Positions 40,345-51,718 of a stretch of DNA of 64,000 nt are shown piece after piece. Every line of letters starts with the position of its first letter. The first letter of the stretch is position 1. Position numbers and translations under genes: made by a program. Under the pieces are notes generated by a model, which worked only from the letters and a program-made list of their open reading frames with translations, was not told the DNA's origin and did no database searches. Origin of the DNA: Chloroflexota bacterium (lineage in GTDB: Bacteria; Chloroflexota; UBA11872; UBA12225); NCBI GenBank assembly GCA_030447525.1, contig JAUJOR010000001.1, positions 299,466-363,465 on the forward strand. The letters are read 5' to 3'.

Positions 40345-40443
40345 CCTGATTCGGCACCACCACGTTCGGCCGCTACCTGGACGGCGCCCCTGAGCCCGGG
40401 AAACGTGAGGATCCGGCTGAGAGCATGACCGGCAGCTCCAGGT

Positions 40444-40884
40444 CTACGAGGTCCCGGAGTGCAGCGGATTCTCCCAGCGCAGGTCAGAGAACCGGGCGAA
40501 GTCGCCGTCGGTGGAGCAGAGGACGAGGCCGTGCTCGATGGCCAGTGCTGCAAGGTGGGTATCTGGTACCAGGTTCGCGCCCGCGCCCTGGCGCCGAAAC
40601 AGCAGGTCCAGGGTGGCGCGGTGGCGGTCGGTCGGCTGCGGGACCCACACGGGCGGGCAGTCGAGCCACTCCTCCACCTGGCCCCAGGCCCCGGCGACGG
40701 GCTGGGGTCGCTCGAAGACGCGCGGGTTGGATACCAGGCGCACGAACGCCAGGAGGCTGGGCCAGGGCAGCCCTACCGGTGCCACCCCGTTCAGCCGCGC
40801 GTCGAGCCAGGCCCGCGCGGCGGGGTGCTGCGGGACCGTGGTGACATGCGCGTAGACCAACAGGTTTGCATCCACCAGGATCAC
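40444..40884 (-). CDS. vapC: VapC PIN-domain toxin
   Basis: VILVDANLLVYA, NLVPDTHLAALAIEHG, STDGDFARF; GTG overlaps the antitoxin stop. Confidence 0.93.
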   Translation of the reverse strand: MILVDANLLVYAHVTTVPQHPAARAWLDARLNGVAPVGLPWPSLLAFVRLVSNPRVFERPQPVAGAWGQVEEWLDCPPVWVPQPTDRHRATLDLLFRRQGAGANLVPDTHLAALAIEHGLVLCSTDGDFARFSDLRWENPLHSGTS

Positions 40885-41129
40885 CGGAAGGTCTCCCCTT
40901 CCGCGGCGGCCAGAGCCGCCGCGACGTCGTCCAGGCTGCCGACGAGGCAACGGCCGAGCGATACGGTAGCGGTGCGGTAGGGTCTCCTTGGTCGCGCCGG
41001 CGCCATCATCTGCTGCAGCCCGTAGCGCAGGGCCTCGTTCACCGCCTGCTTCAAGCTGAGGCCACGGCCCTCGCGGACGCGATCGAGGAGGGCCGCCACG
41101 TCGTCGTCGAGCGTCAGCGTCGTTCTCAC
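40881..41129 (-). CDS. vapB: VapB RHH antitoxin
   Basis: MRTTLTLDDDV...SLKQAVNEALR. Confidence 0.92.
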   Translation of the reverse strand: MRTTLTLDDDVAALLDRVREGRGLSLKQAVNEALRYGLQQMMAPARPRRPYRTATVSLGRCLVGSLDDVAAALAAAEGETFR

Positions 41130-41142
41130 AGGTCCAAGGATA

Positions 41143-41174
41143 CATCAAGACATCGATCAGATGATGTCTTGATG
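41143..41174. promoter_or_regulatory. vapBC operator palindrome
   Basis: CATCAAGACATC-8 nt-GATGTCTTGATG directly upstream of the minus-strand TATCCT -10 and vapB GTG. Confidence 0.75.
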
Positions 41175-41454
41175 ACTATCCTCGCTTGGAAGAGCAGGAC
41201 GTGACCCCTGTGGCGCGTTGACCACCGCCATCACCAGGGCCCGAACAACAGCGTCCGAATGATCGAAGGAGGCGCCGAGCACAGGGCTGGCGGGGTCGAT
41301 CGGGCGGGGCTACCATGAGTCCCCGCATGGACGGCATTGCGGAGAGCCGGTACGAGCGGGAGCCGGTGGAGCCCCCGGTGGCGCCGCCACCGGGGGGGCG
41401 CCTCATAGACGACGACGAGCGGGGCTTCTGGGTGGCCTTTAACCGCACCCCCGG

Positions 41455-43072
41455 GGCCTGTTGCCAAAGTCGGGTATGGTGGTCAGGAGGAGCACGGTGC
41501 GGGGTACGCGGGCGCCCCGTGCACGCGACGGGAACGGCCGCTGGCCCGACCGGAGCTCGAACCGGGGACAGGCCCGCTTGAGAAGGGGGGGAGGGCCCAA
41601 CGCCGCACCCCCATGGCCGGGCTGGGGCGCGCCGTTGGGCCAGCTTCTTGACGTCGTACGCGATGGCGCTGCCCAGCGCCTGGATCAGCACCTTGTCTCG
41701 CCCCCGACACTGCGCCCGCCGCAGCCCGTGACGGTCCTTCAGTTCGGCGTTGGCCGTCTCGACCCAGTACGCGCGGGCGCGCCGGCTGCGCTTGGCGGGT
41801 GGCGTGCGGAGATAGGCGACGACTCGGTCGCGCAGTCCCCCATCGTCCGGGCGCACGAGGGTGCGGGCGGCCGCCGGGTCGCAGCACTGCGCCTTGACCG
41901 GGCACGCCCCGCAGACCTTCGGCCGCCCGCGGTAGATCAGGCCACCGGCCGCCCCGGCAGTGCGCGAGGAGCCCTGGCGGGTGAGGAGCCTGCCCGGTGG
42001 GACACCGATAGCGATTAGCGATCGGCGCGAACTCGTACACGAAGCGGTCGGCAGAGTAGTCACCCCGGTCGCTCATGGTGCTGTGGGGCGGGATGCTCGC
42101 CCGGATGCCCTGCTGCTCCAGCGCCACGTAGTTGGCGTAGGTCCCGTACTTGGTATCCGCCACCACTTCGGCCACCGTACGCCCGGTCGTGCCTCGATGC
42201 TCCTTGAGCAGCCGGTCCAGCAGGTGCTCGTCGGCAACCTCGCCCGGAGTCACGTCCAGCGCGGTGATGAGACGCGCCCGCCCGCCGTCCACGCCGACGT
42301 GCGCCTTGTAATAGAAGGCGTAGGGGACCCCTCGCGCTTGACCAGCCCCGCGTCGGGATCGGTGCGACTGGTCACCAAGGCGTTCACCGGCCCCTGGTCC
42401 CCGTTGGGCACGTCCTCCGGACCGGCCACGTGCAGCGACGGGCGCGCCGCCGCGCCCGCCGTGAGGCCACCGGCCGAGTCCGGCGCCGGCTGCTCCCCCT
42501 CGCCGGGAGGGGCCGCTGGCGGCGTGGGATCGGAGACGGGATCTCCTGCCACACCGTCGCGACGTACCCGGCCGCGCTCGGCAGCTGAGTGAGCAGCGCC
42601 TGCGCGCCGGCCGACCCAAGACTGGCATTGGCCTTGACCAGCGTGCTGTCCACGTAGAGGACGTCGCCCCGCACCAGGCCGGCCCGCTCGCACTGCCGCA
42701 CCACCTCGGTGAAAGCCGCCTGGTACACGGGCAGGCCGAAGCGCGCCCGCGCCTTGGACAGCATCGAGTGGTCCGGCGGCGTCTCGTCGAGGTCGTACCC
42801 CAAGAACCAGCGGAAGGCCAGGTGCAGGCGCGCCTCCTCGGCCAGCCGCCGCTCCGACGTGATGCCGTAGAGGTACCCGAGCAGCATCAGCTTGAACAGC
42901 ACCACCGGATCGACCCCCGGCCGGCCGGTGTGGCTGTAGAACCGCGCCGTCAGCCGCGCACAAAGCTGAGGTCGAGCGTCCCCGATGCGCGCAGCAAGTG
43001 GTCGCTCGGGACCTGCGCTTCTAGCGAGAACTCGTAGAAGCGCTTCGGCGTGAATTCCTTACGGCCCAACAT
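41455..43072 (-). pseudogene. IS1182-family transposase, multiply frameshifted
   Basis: Fragments in different frames: MLGRKEF...VPSDHLLR; LFKLMLLGYLYGITSERRL...PDHS...VDSTLVKANAS; YKAHVGVD...VADTKYG; C..CPVKAQC...VETANAELK. Confidence 0.88.
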
Positions 43073-43148
43073 CGTGCCCCACCTCGAACAGGGGAGCCAC
43101 CATCCTACTCAGACCTCGGCCGGTCCGGCCAGAGTTTGGCAACAGGCC
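41455..43148 (-). mobile_element. IS1182-family insertion sequence
   Basis: Terminal IRs GGCCTGTTGCCAAAGTC / GAGTTTGGCAACAGGCC; 6-bp target duplication CCCCGG (41449-41454, 43149-43154). Confidence 0.9.
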
Positions 43149-44405
43149 CCCCGGAGTTGGCGCGGCCCGCTTCCGGCGCCTCCTGGCCCGCTTCGGCACG
43201 CTGGCCCAGGCCTGGGGGGCCAGCCCGGGGCAGCTGGCGCTGGCGGGGCTCGACCGGCGGACGCTGGAGACCTTGACCGCCCTGCGCCGCCGGCTCGATC
43301 CGGCGCAGGAGCTGGAGCGAGCCCGCCGCTACGGCGCCGAGGTGCTCACCTGGGGGGATGCCCATTACCCCCGGCGGCTGGCCGCCATCCCTGACCCCCC
43401 GCCGGTGCTCTTCCTGCGCGGAACGCTCCTCCCGGGAGATGAGCGGGCCCTGGCCGTGGTAGGGACGCGCCGCCCGACGTACTATGGGCGCGACGTTGCC
43501 GAGCGCCTCTCGGCCGCCGTTGCCGCTGCCGGGTTGACCATCGTCAGCGGGCTGGCCAAGGGGGTAGACACGCACGCCCACCGCGGGGCCCTCAGCGCCG
43601 GCGGGCGGACGATCGCCGTCCTGGGCCACGGCCTGCAGACGGTCTACCCGCCGGAGAACCGCCGCCTGGCCGAGGCCGTGGCCGAGCGCGGGGCACTCTT
43701 GACGGAATACGCCCCCGGCGTTGGCCCGGCCGCGGAGAACTTCCCGCCCCGCAACCGGATCATCTCCGGTCTCGCCGCCGGCGTGCTGATCGTCGAGGCC
43801 GGCGAGCACTCCGGGGCCTTGATCACCAGCCGGTACGCCGCCGAGCAGGGGCGCGACGTCTTCGCCGTCCCCGGCCCGATCAGCTCCTTGGCCAGCCGGG
43901 GCTGCCATCGGTTGATCCAGGACGGGGCCAAGCTGGTCACCGGCGCCGCCGACGTCCTCGAGGAGATCGAGCCCCACTCGGAGCGGGCGGCCCCCCGGCA
44001 GATGGTCCTCGACCTCTCACCGGGGGCCGGCCCCGGCCCGATCGACGGGGCCGGGGGGGAGGGGGCATCGACTCCACAGGAAGATGGGCTCGTCCGGCTG
44101 CTGGCCGAGGTGGGCCAGCCGGCCCACGTCGACCAGCTGGCCCGCCGAATGGCGGTACCGGTGCAGGAGATCAGCGGGACGCTGGCCTGCCTGGAAGTGC
44201 AGGGGCGCGTGCGCCACGTCGGCGGGATGCGCTACAACATTTCCGGGTAACGACGCCGGGGGGCCGCCCCCGGGTGCCGGGCTGGAACGGGCCCGATCCT
44301 CGAAGGGCGTCCTCCCGTGGGGGACGGGAACTCTCAAGCGGCTCGCTTCCGTATATGAGGGTAGTAGGCCACAGACAGCAGACAGAGGGGATAGCACAGA
44401 GCACC

Positions 44406-45800
<1,395 letters not shown>

Positions 45801-45801
45801 C

Positions 45802-46749
45802 GTGTTCAACATCATCGGGCGGCGACGCTTCTACTTTCTCCTCTCCGGCCTGCTGATCGCGCCCGGGATCGTCGCCCTGCTCCTCTGGGGTCTGCGTCTG
45901 GGCGTAGACTTCACCGGCGGCAGCCTGTTGGAGGTGCGCCTGGCCCAATCCCCTCCGCCGGCGGCGGTGCGCGACGTGTTCGTCGAGAACGGCGTCACCG
46001 AGGTCAGCGTGGTGACGAGCACCGACCCCTCCGGCCGGTCAAGCTACAACATCCGCTTGCCGGCGCTGGAGACGCCGCGCAAGAACGAGATCCTGGCCCG
46101 GCTAGAGGAACGCTTCGGCACGGTCACGGAGGACCGCTTCGAGACCGTGGGACCGGCGGTCAGCGCCGAGACGACGCGCAACGCCCTGTACGCCACCGGA
46201 CTGGCGGCGCTGGCCATCCTGGGATACCTCACCTTCGCCTTCCGCCAGGTGCCCAAGCCGTGGCGCTACGGCGCCTGCGCCGTGGTCGCCTTGCTGCACG
46301 ACACCCTGCTCGTGCTTGGCCTGTGGGCCATCTTCGGGCGCTTCTTCGGCCTGGAAGTGGACTCCCTGTTCGTCACCGCCATCTTGACGGTGATCGGATT
46401 CTCGGTGCACGACACGATTGTCGTCTTTGACCGCATTCGCGAGAACGTGCGCCGCTTCCATGGGGAGTCGTTCGAGCGGATCGCCAACTTTAGCGTGAAT
46501 CAGACGCTGGACCGGTCGATCAACACCGGCCTGGCCACGATCTTTACCTTGACGGCGCTGCTCTTGATGGGTGGCAGCACCATCCGCAACTTCGTGCTCG
46601 TGCTGCTCATTGGGATCATCTCCGGGACGTACTCCTCCATCTTCAACGCCACCTGCCTGCTGGTGGTGTGGGAGAACGGTGACCTGACTCGCTTCTGGCA
46701 GCGCCTCACCGGGCGCCGACGGCCGGTGCCCGTCGCCGCCGGCGCCTGA
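45802..46749 (+). CDS. secF: Protein translocase subunit SecF
   Basis: LGVDFTGG, GFSVHDTIVVFDRIRE, GTYSSIF; GTG at 45802. Confidence 0.97.
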   Translation: MFNIIGRRRFYFLLSGLLIAPGIVALLLWGLRLGVDFTGGSLLEVRLAQSPPPAAVRDVFVENGVTEVSVVTSTDPSGRSSYNIRLPALETPRKNEILARLEERFGTVTEDRFETVGPAVSAETTRNALYATGLAALAILGYLTFAFRQVPKPWRYGACAVVALLHDTLLVLGLWAIFGRFFGLEVDSLFVTAILTVIGFSVHDTIVVFDRIRENVRRFHGESFERIANFSVNQTLDRSINTGLATIFTLTALLLMGGSTIRNFVLVLLIGIISGTYSSIFNATCLLVVWENGDLTRFWQRLTGRRRPVPVAAGA

Positions 46750-46765
46750 GGCGGGTGGCGAGGAC

Positions 46766-47431
46766 TTACGTGTTGGGGGTGCCCGGAGGCTCGGCCTCTA
46801 GACCCCCCGGGGTGAGGCCGGCCGGTGTTGGAGGCTCGCCCACGGGTTCGAGCGTGCCTGCAGTGACGACGTGGGCCTGGATGGCCCCTTGCATCGCCAT
46901 CGTCTCCTGGGCGGCACGGGCCTCGCCGGCTGCGCCGACACGGACGGCGACGATCGTGTCGCCCTGGTCGAGGCGCAAGGCGTAGCGCATCGCCAGGTCG
47001 TGAGGCAGGCCCCGAGTGCGCTGCACGAGCGCGCCGGCGGTGGCCCCAAGCGCGGCCCCCACCAGCACTTCCAGGGCCCTGACCATGCCACTGGGGACGA
47101 GATCGCGTACGGCCAGCGGGGCCAGCGGGGCCAGCGGGTCGGCCCCCATTTCCGGGAGTAGCTGAGGCACCAGAAAGACGGCCAGGGCGGTGAGCAGGCC
47201 ACCGCCGATGGCGCCTATCAAAGCGGAGACGCTGATGCGCTCGGTGCGATTCACCAGACGGGCCGGCTCTCCCACCGGCAGCACGGGGACGCGTCCCGCG
47301 AGGAGGAGGCGCCCCCCACCGGCGCGGCCCACGGCGGAGATTGCCTCCGGCGTGAGACCGTCATCGAGCAAGGCGCGCGTCGCCTGCTCGGCCTCACTCA
47401 GTGTGGTGAAGGCCCCGATGACTAACGGCAA
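46766..47431 (-). CDS. Hypothetical membrane protein (YflT/general-stress-like N-terminus)
   Basis: VIGAF..LSEAEQA...L...G....ISAVG, two Gly-rich TM segments, GLP...Y...L..G..IVAV. Confidence 0.65.
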   Translation of the reverse strand: MPLVIGAFTTLSEAEQATRALLDDGLTPEAISAVGRAGGGRLLLAGRVPVLPVGEPARLVNRTERISVSALIGAIGGGLLTALAVFLVPQLLPEMGADPLAPLAPLAVRDLVPSGMVRALEVLVGAALGATAGALVQRTRGLPHDLAMRYALRLDQGDTIVAVRVGAAGEARAAQETMAMQGAIQAHVVTAGTLEPVGEPPTPAGLTPGGLEAEPPGTPNT

Positions 47432-47682
47432 CTAGATCCTCTCCCACGAGGGACGCGGCACTGCGCCGCCGCGGGACAAGCGGTACGCACCCGGCCGCTG
47501 CCCACGCCCGGACGGCGACCCCATGCCGCATAATGCACTATCGGCACAGGTCCCGGCAACTACAGATCGTTGTATCGGTCCCTGGCTGCATGGGCCCCTC
47601 GAGGTGGCCACGACTCCAGCCGAGGGATGAGACGTGTGGCGATCCATGCACCGGCCAGTCACAGGCGCACGGCAGGAGCGAT

Positions 47683-48453
47683 ATGGCGGACGGCAAGCTG
47701 CGGGGAAAGACGGCGTTGGTCACAGGGGCCGGCTCGGGCATCGGCGAGGCCATCGCGATGCTCTTCGCTGCCCAGGGGGCCGGCGTGGCTGTCGTGGACT
47801 TTGACCCAACAGGGGGGGAGCGCACGGCGCAGCGGATCGCCGACGCCGGGGGCAACGCCACGTACATCCTGGCCGACGTCTCGCGGGCGGGCGACGCCGA
47901 GCGTATGGTAGCTCAGACCCTGGCGCGCTTCGGTCGCCTGGACATCTTGTGCAACAACGCCGGCATCGGCGTTGCGGCCGTGTGCCATGAGACCAGCGAG
48001 GCCGATTGGGACCACACCATGGCCGTCGACCTCAAGGGGGTGTTCCTGGGCTGTAAGTACGCCATCCCGCACATGCTCCGGCAGGGCCGGGGCGTGATCT
48101 GCAACACCGCGTCCGTTGCCGGGCAGGTAGGCGTGCCCAACCGAGCGGCGTACTGCGCCGCCAAGGCGGGGGTCTTGGGGCTGACGAAGTCCATTGCCAT
48201 CGACTACGCCGAACAGGGGATCCGTTGCAACGCCCTCCTCCCTGGGACGGTGGACTCCCCATGGATTGGAAAGATCCTGGCCCAGCAGGCCGATCCACAG
48301 GGGCAGCGCAAGCTGATGGAGGCCCGCCAGCCGCTGGGGCGCATGGGCCGCCCGGAGGAGATTGCCGGGGCGGCCCTCTTTCTGTGCTCGGACGACGGCG
48401 CCTTTGTCACGGGCACCGGACTGGTGATCGACGGGGGCTTGACCGCCCGCTGA
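47683..48453 (+). CDS. Short-chain dehydrogenase/reductase
   Basis: AGGAG SD; TGAGSGIG, NNAG, YCAAK, PLGRMGRPEE. Confidence 0.95.
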   Translation: MADGKLRGKTALVTGAGSGIGEAIAMLFAAQGAGVAVVDFDPTGGERTAQRIADAGGNATYILADVSRAGDAERMVAQTLARFGRLDILCNNAGIGVAAVCHETSEADWDHTMAVDLKGVFLGCKYAIPHMLRQGRGVICNTASVAGQVGVPNRAAYCAAKAGVLGLTKSIAIDYAEQGIRCNALLPGTVDSPWIGKILAQQADPQGQRKLMEARQPLGRMGRPEEIAGAALFLCSDDGAFVTGTGLVIDGGLTAR

Positions 48454-48605
48454 CTCAAGCCCGCACAGCCCTCGGTCATCAGTCGGCAGCGCTCACGACC
48501 ACAGCCGGCCATGGACCATCGACCGCGTGGCCCGGCGCCTCTCGCCAGGGGCACCGGCCCGTCCTGGGGGCAGGGAGCAGGCCGTTATGAGCCTGCTCTA
48601 AGCAC

Positions 48606-49661
48606 CTAGCGGGGGAGCGGGAGCTTGATTGGGCGCCCCTCGCGAGCCGACTGCTCGGCGGCGAAGACGATCTCGTACGTCTTGGCATCCTCCGCGATCA
48701 TCAGCCGGGGCTGCCGGTCGTTCAGAATGGCGTCTACGAGGTCATCGATCTCGCCGGGGAAGGGGTGATGGGTCACCTCCGGCGTGTCCGGCAAGATGGT
48801 GGGGAACTGGGCCCACCCTTCCAGCCCTGGGTCGAGGTAGGTGGTGCGGAAGCGGTCGTTGATCAGCGTCCCCTTGGCCCCGTGGAGTCGGACGTTAAAG
48901 GTGTACTTGACGTTCCCTTCCAGGACGCAGCCGACCTTGCCGATGGCCCCATTGGCGAAGCGGATCAGCGTCAGGATGGTGGGGTCCCACTCCATCACGT
49001 CGGTGAAGTTCCCGGCGTAGGCGAACACCTCGGTGGCTTCGGCACGGACGAACTGGCGGATGGCGTCCACAGCGTGGCAGCCGGCGGCGGGGAGGGCCGA
49101 GCCACCCTTCTCCTTGGTCTTGACCCAGGGGTAGCCGGGGTACCACTTCTCCCAGTTGCCAGAGAAATAGTCGCACTCGGCGTAGTAGATATCGCCGAAG
49201 AAGCCGGCGTCGATCATCTGGTGCACGGACTGGAAGTAAGGGCTCCAGTGCAGCTCGAAGCCCCCCTGACTCTTCACGCCGGCCTTTTCAATCGCCCGTT
49301 CCACCCGCCGCAGGCCCTGCAGATCGAGAGCGACGGGCTTCTCGATCAGGACGTGCTTTCCGGCTTCAGCGGCGGCCACGCCTTGCTCTACGTGCTCGTG
49401 GTTCATCGAGCACACGGAGACGACGTCCACGCGGTCGTCTTTGAGGAGCTCCTGGTAGTCCGTGTAGATGCGGGCATCGCTGAGGCCATGGGTGTCCCTC
49501 GCCCGCTCGGCATTCACACGCTGGTGGCTGGCTAAGGCCACCACACGACAATGCCTGTTTTGTACATACGCCTTGATGTGCTCGCCGGCCACCCAGCCAA
49601 TGCCGATGATGCCGACGCCGAGGGTTCGGGCCTGATCGTTGGTCATGGGGGAAGTCGCCAT
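48606..49661 (-). CDS. Gfo/Idh/MocA-family oxidoreductase
   Basis: GIIGIGWVA, GKHVLIEKP, GCHAVD; start approximate. Confidence 0.92.
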   Translation of the reverse strand: MATSPMTNDQARTLGVGIIGIGWVAGEHIKAYVQNRHCRVVALASHQRVNAERARDTHGLSDARIYTDYQELLKDDRVDVVSVCSMNHEHVEQGVAAAEAGKHVLIEKPVALDLQGLRRVERAIEKAGVKSQGGFELHWSPYFQSVHQMIDAGFFGDIYYAECDYFSGNWEKWYPGYPWVKTKEKGGSALPAAGCHAVDAIRQFVRAEATEVFAYAGNFTDVMEWDPTILTLIRFANGAIGKVGCVLEGNVKYTFNVRLHGAKGTLINDRFRTTYLDPGLEGWAQFPTILPDTPEVTHHPFPGEIDDLVDAILNDRQPRLMIAEDAKTYEIVFAAEQSAREGRPIKLPLPR

Positions 49662-49733
49662 AAGGGTGTTCACCTTCACAATGGAGTCTCTTGGGCCCGT
49701 TGGGGTGCCGGCAGCGAAGGAAATCGGAACGCC

Positions 49734-49763
49734 GTAGTGCCCGGTAGTGCCCGGTAGTGCCCG
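49734..49763. repeat. 10-bp tandem repeat x3
   Basis: GTAGTGCCCG x3 in the divergent intergenic region. Confidence 0.85.
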
Positions 49764-50039
49764 GCCGGTGGCACGATGGACCATTTTCCCACCGGCTGCG
49801 CCCCGCGGCCGGCCGCGACCATGGGGCATGAATACCGGTGATCTTCAGTGCAGTCGTCCTGACGGCTCGCCGTCACCATCCCGGATGAGAATGGGCCATT
49901 CTCTAACCAGTGTGGCCGTTATGGTGCACCGGCGGAGGCGCCGCCGCAAGCCGCGCCCGGCCCCAGGCCGGTTGAGGGCGCCGACGATGGGCAATGGAGT
50001 ATAACGACGGGCCGTGGCGATGACCGCTGAGGGCTGCGG

Positions 50040-51617
50040 GTGAGGGTCCTGGCCGTCGTCAGCGGCCAGAAGTGGCTGGGGGGACTGACGATTCACACGG
50101 CGCTCCTGTGCCGTGAGCTGGAGCGCCTGGGGCACCAGGTGGCGGTCGTGTCCATTGGAGAGGACGCCGTGGTCGACCTCTTCCCCCACACCCGTACCCG
50201 CTATGGTCCCCGGACGGGGGCTCGCCCGGACGGTGGGCCGGCGATGGATGGCCCGGCCGGCCGGACCGATCTCCCGCAGCCGCCCCAGCGGGGGGAGGAC
50301 TACGTATTCCGCTACGAGGTGGTGGCGGATGCGGCGCGCTACCTCCCGCCGGGACGGCTGGCGGTGCGCCGGGCACTGGCTCCGGTGGCGCGCCTGGGGA
50401 TGGCCGTGGTCGTCCCGCCGGCCGACCGCTCGCGGGCCCCGCTGCGGCAGGCGCGGGGCCTGGCCGCCTCCCTGGCTCGAGGTCTGGGGGCGGCGCTGGA
50501 CGCCGGGCTCAGCGGGGGGGCCGCCGAGGCGCCCTTTCTGGCTCGCCTCCTGCTGCACACGGACGAGGAGGATCTGCGCCGCCTGGAGGAGATCCGGCGC
50601 TGGTTCCAGCCGGATGTGGAGTACGCCTGCGACCTGGCCCTCGTCCCGATGATGGCCCGCCTGCAGGATCTCTCCATACCCCTGGTGGCGGCGGCCCAGG
50701 GCTTTGAGATCGTCCAGCGCCGGGGCGTGGGGCTGTTGACTGGGCTGCACGCCGCCCGCCATCGGCTTGATCTGGTGCTCTCTGGCTCCAGAGCCAACGT
50801 GGACGAGAACCTCCGGCAACTCCCCCTGTTCCAGGATGGGGCATTGCCGGTGCGGGTCGTCCCCTACGGCGTCTCCCTGGACGGGGGCTGGGAGATGAGC
50901 CGCGCGCGGGCGGTCGAGCGCGTCCGGGATCTGGAGCGCCAGCTGACGCCGGACCAGCGGGGGGCCGGCGGGCTGTGGGGGAGCGGAGACGAACCGCCCC
51001 CATTCATCGCCACCTCCTTTTCCCGCATTGACGTGGAGAAGGGCACCGATCTGGCCCTGCACGCCCTGTCTATCCTGCGCCGCCAGGGAGTCCCGGCACG
51101 TCTGTGGATCGCCGGCAACGCCATGCCCGGCTCAGCCTACCTGGACGTCCTGCGCCAGAAGATCCGCTTGTTGGACCTGGGGCACTGCGTCAGCTTGATC
51201 GGCACGCTCCGTGACCAATCGGACAAGATCGCCCTGTTGCGGGCCAGCGATGCCTTTGTCGCCGGGTTTATTCGCTCCGAGCCCTTCGGCCTGGTGTTGA
51301 CTGAGGCCTTTGCCACCGAGCTGGCGGTGGTCGCCCCGGCCACCGGGGCGGCGCCGGAGCTGATGGCGTACGTCGGGGACACGTCCACGCTCTACCCGCC
51401 CAATGACACCGGAGCGCTGGCCGAGCGGCTCCAGGGCCTGCACCTGGACCCGGCCCGCCGGGCGGCCCTCGCCCACCGCCAGCGTCAGGCCTTTACCACC
51501 CACTTCAATGCCACGGAGATGGCCAGGGTCACCGCCGCCGAGTTCGAGCGGGCGATCCAGGGGCGAGGTGGCCGTCCCCACGGCTCCAACGGACGCCGGC
51601 GGCCGGCAGGCTGCTAG
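50040..51617 (+). CDS. Glycosyltransferase family 4
   Basis: GGLTIH...GHQVAV, SRIDVEKG, EPFGLVLTEA. Confidence 0.85.
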   Translation: MRVLAVVSGQKWLGGLTIHTALLCRELERLGHQVAVVSIGEDAVVDLFPHTRTRYGPRTGARPDGGPAMDGPAGRTDLPQPPQRGEDYVFRYEVVADAARYLPPGRLAVRRALAPVARLGMAVVVPPADRSRAPLRQARGLAASLARGLGAALDAGLSGGAAEAPFLARLLLHTDEEDLRRLEEIRRWFQPDVEYACDLALVPMMARLQDLSIPLVAAAQGFEIVQRRGVGLLTGLHAARHRLDLVLSGSRANVDENLRQLPLFQDGALPVRVVPYGVSLDGGWEMSRARAVERVRDLERQLTPDQRGAGGLWGSGDEPPPFIATSFSRIDVEKGTDLALHALSILRRQGVPARLWIAGNAMPGSAYLDVLRQKIRLLDLGHCVSLIGTLRDQSDKIALLRASDAFVAGFIRSEPFGLVLTEAFATELAVVAPATGAAPELMAYVGDTSTLYPPNDTGALAERLQGLHLDPARRAALAHRQRQAFTTHFNATEMARVTAAEFERAIQGRGGRPHGSNGRRRPAGC

Positions 51618-51718
51618 ACTCGGCGCTAGTGGTCCAAGGGCGTCCAGGGCGCACATTCGAGCAGCTCTCACCTGGAGCATCGACGAACGACCTTTCCATA
51701 GGTGCATAGGAGCTCGAC

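Larger units (their letters stand above)
41315..44250 (+). pseudogene. dprA: DNA-processing protein DprA interrupted by IS
   Basis: 5' part ...ERGFWVAFNRTP (41315-41454) joins 43155 onward GVGAARFRRLLARFG...VVGTR, VSGLAKGVD, FPPRNRIISG, VFAVPG; joined length 1236 nt is in frame. Confidence 0.92.

Noticed and set aside
43273..44250. Intact dprA as called by the ORF track
   Set aside because: The N-terminal part lies on the other side of the IS; this ORF is a fragment.
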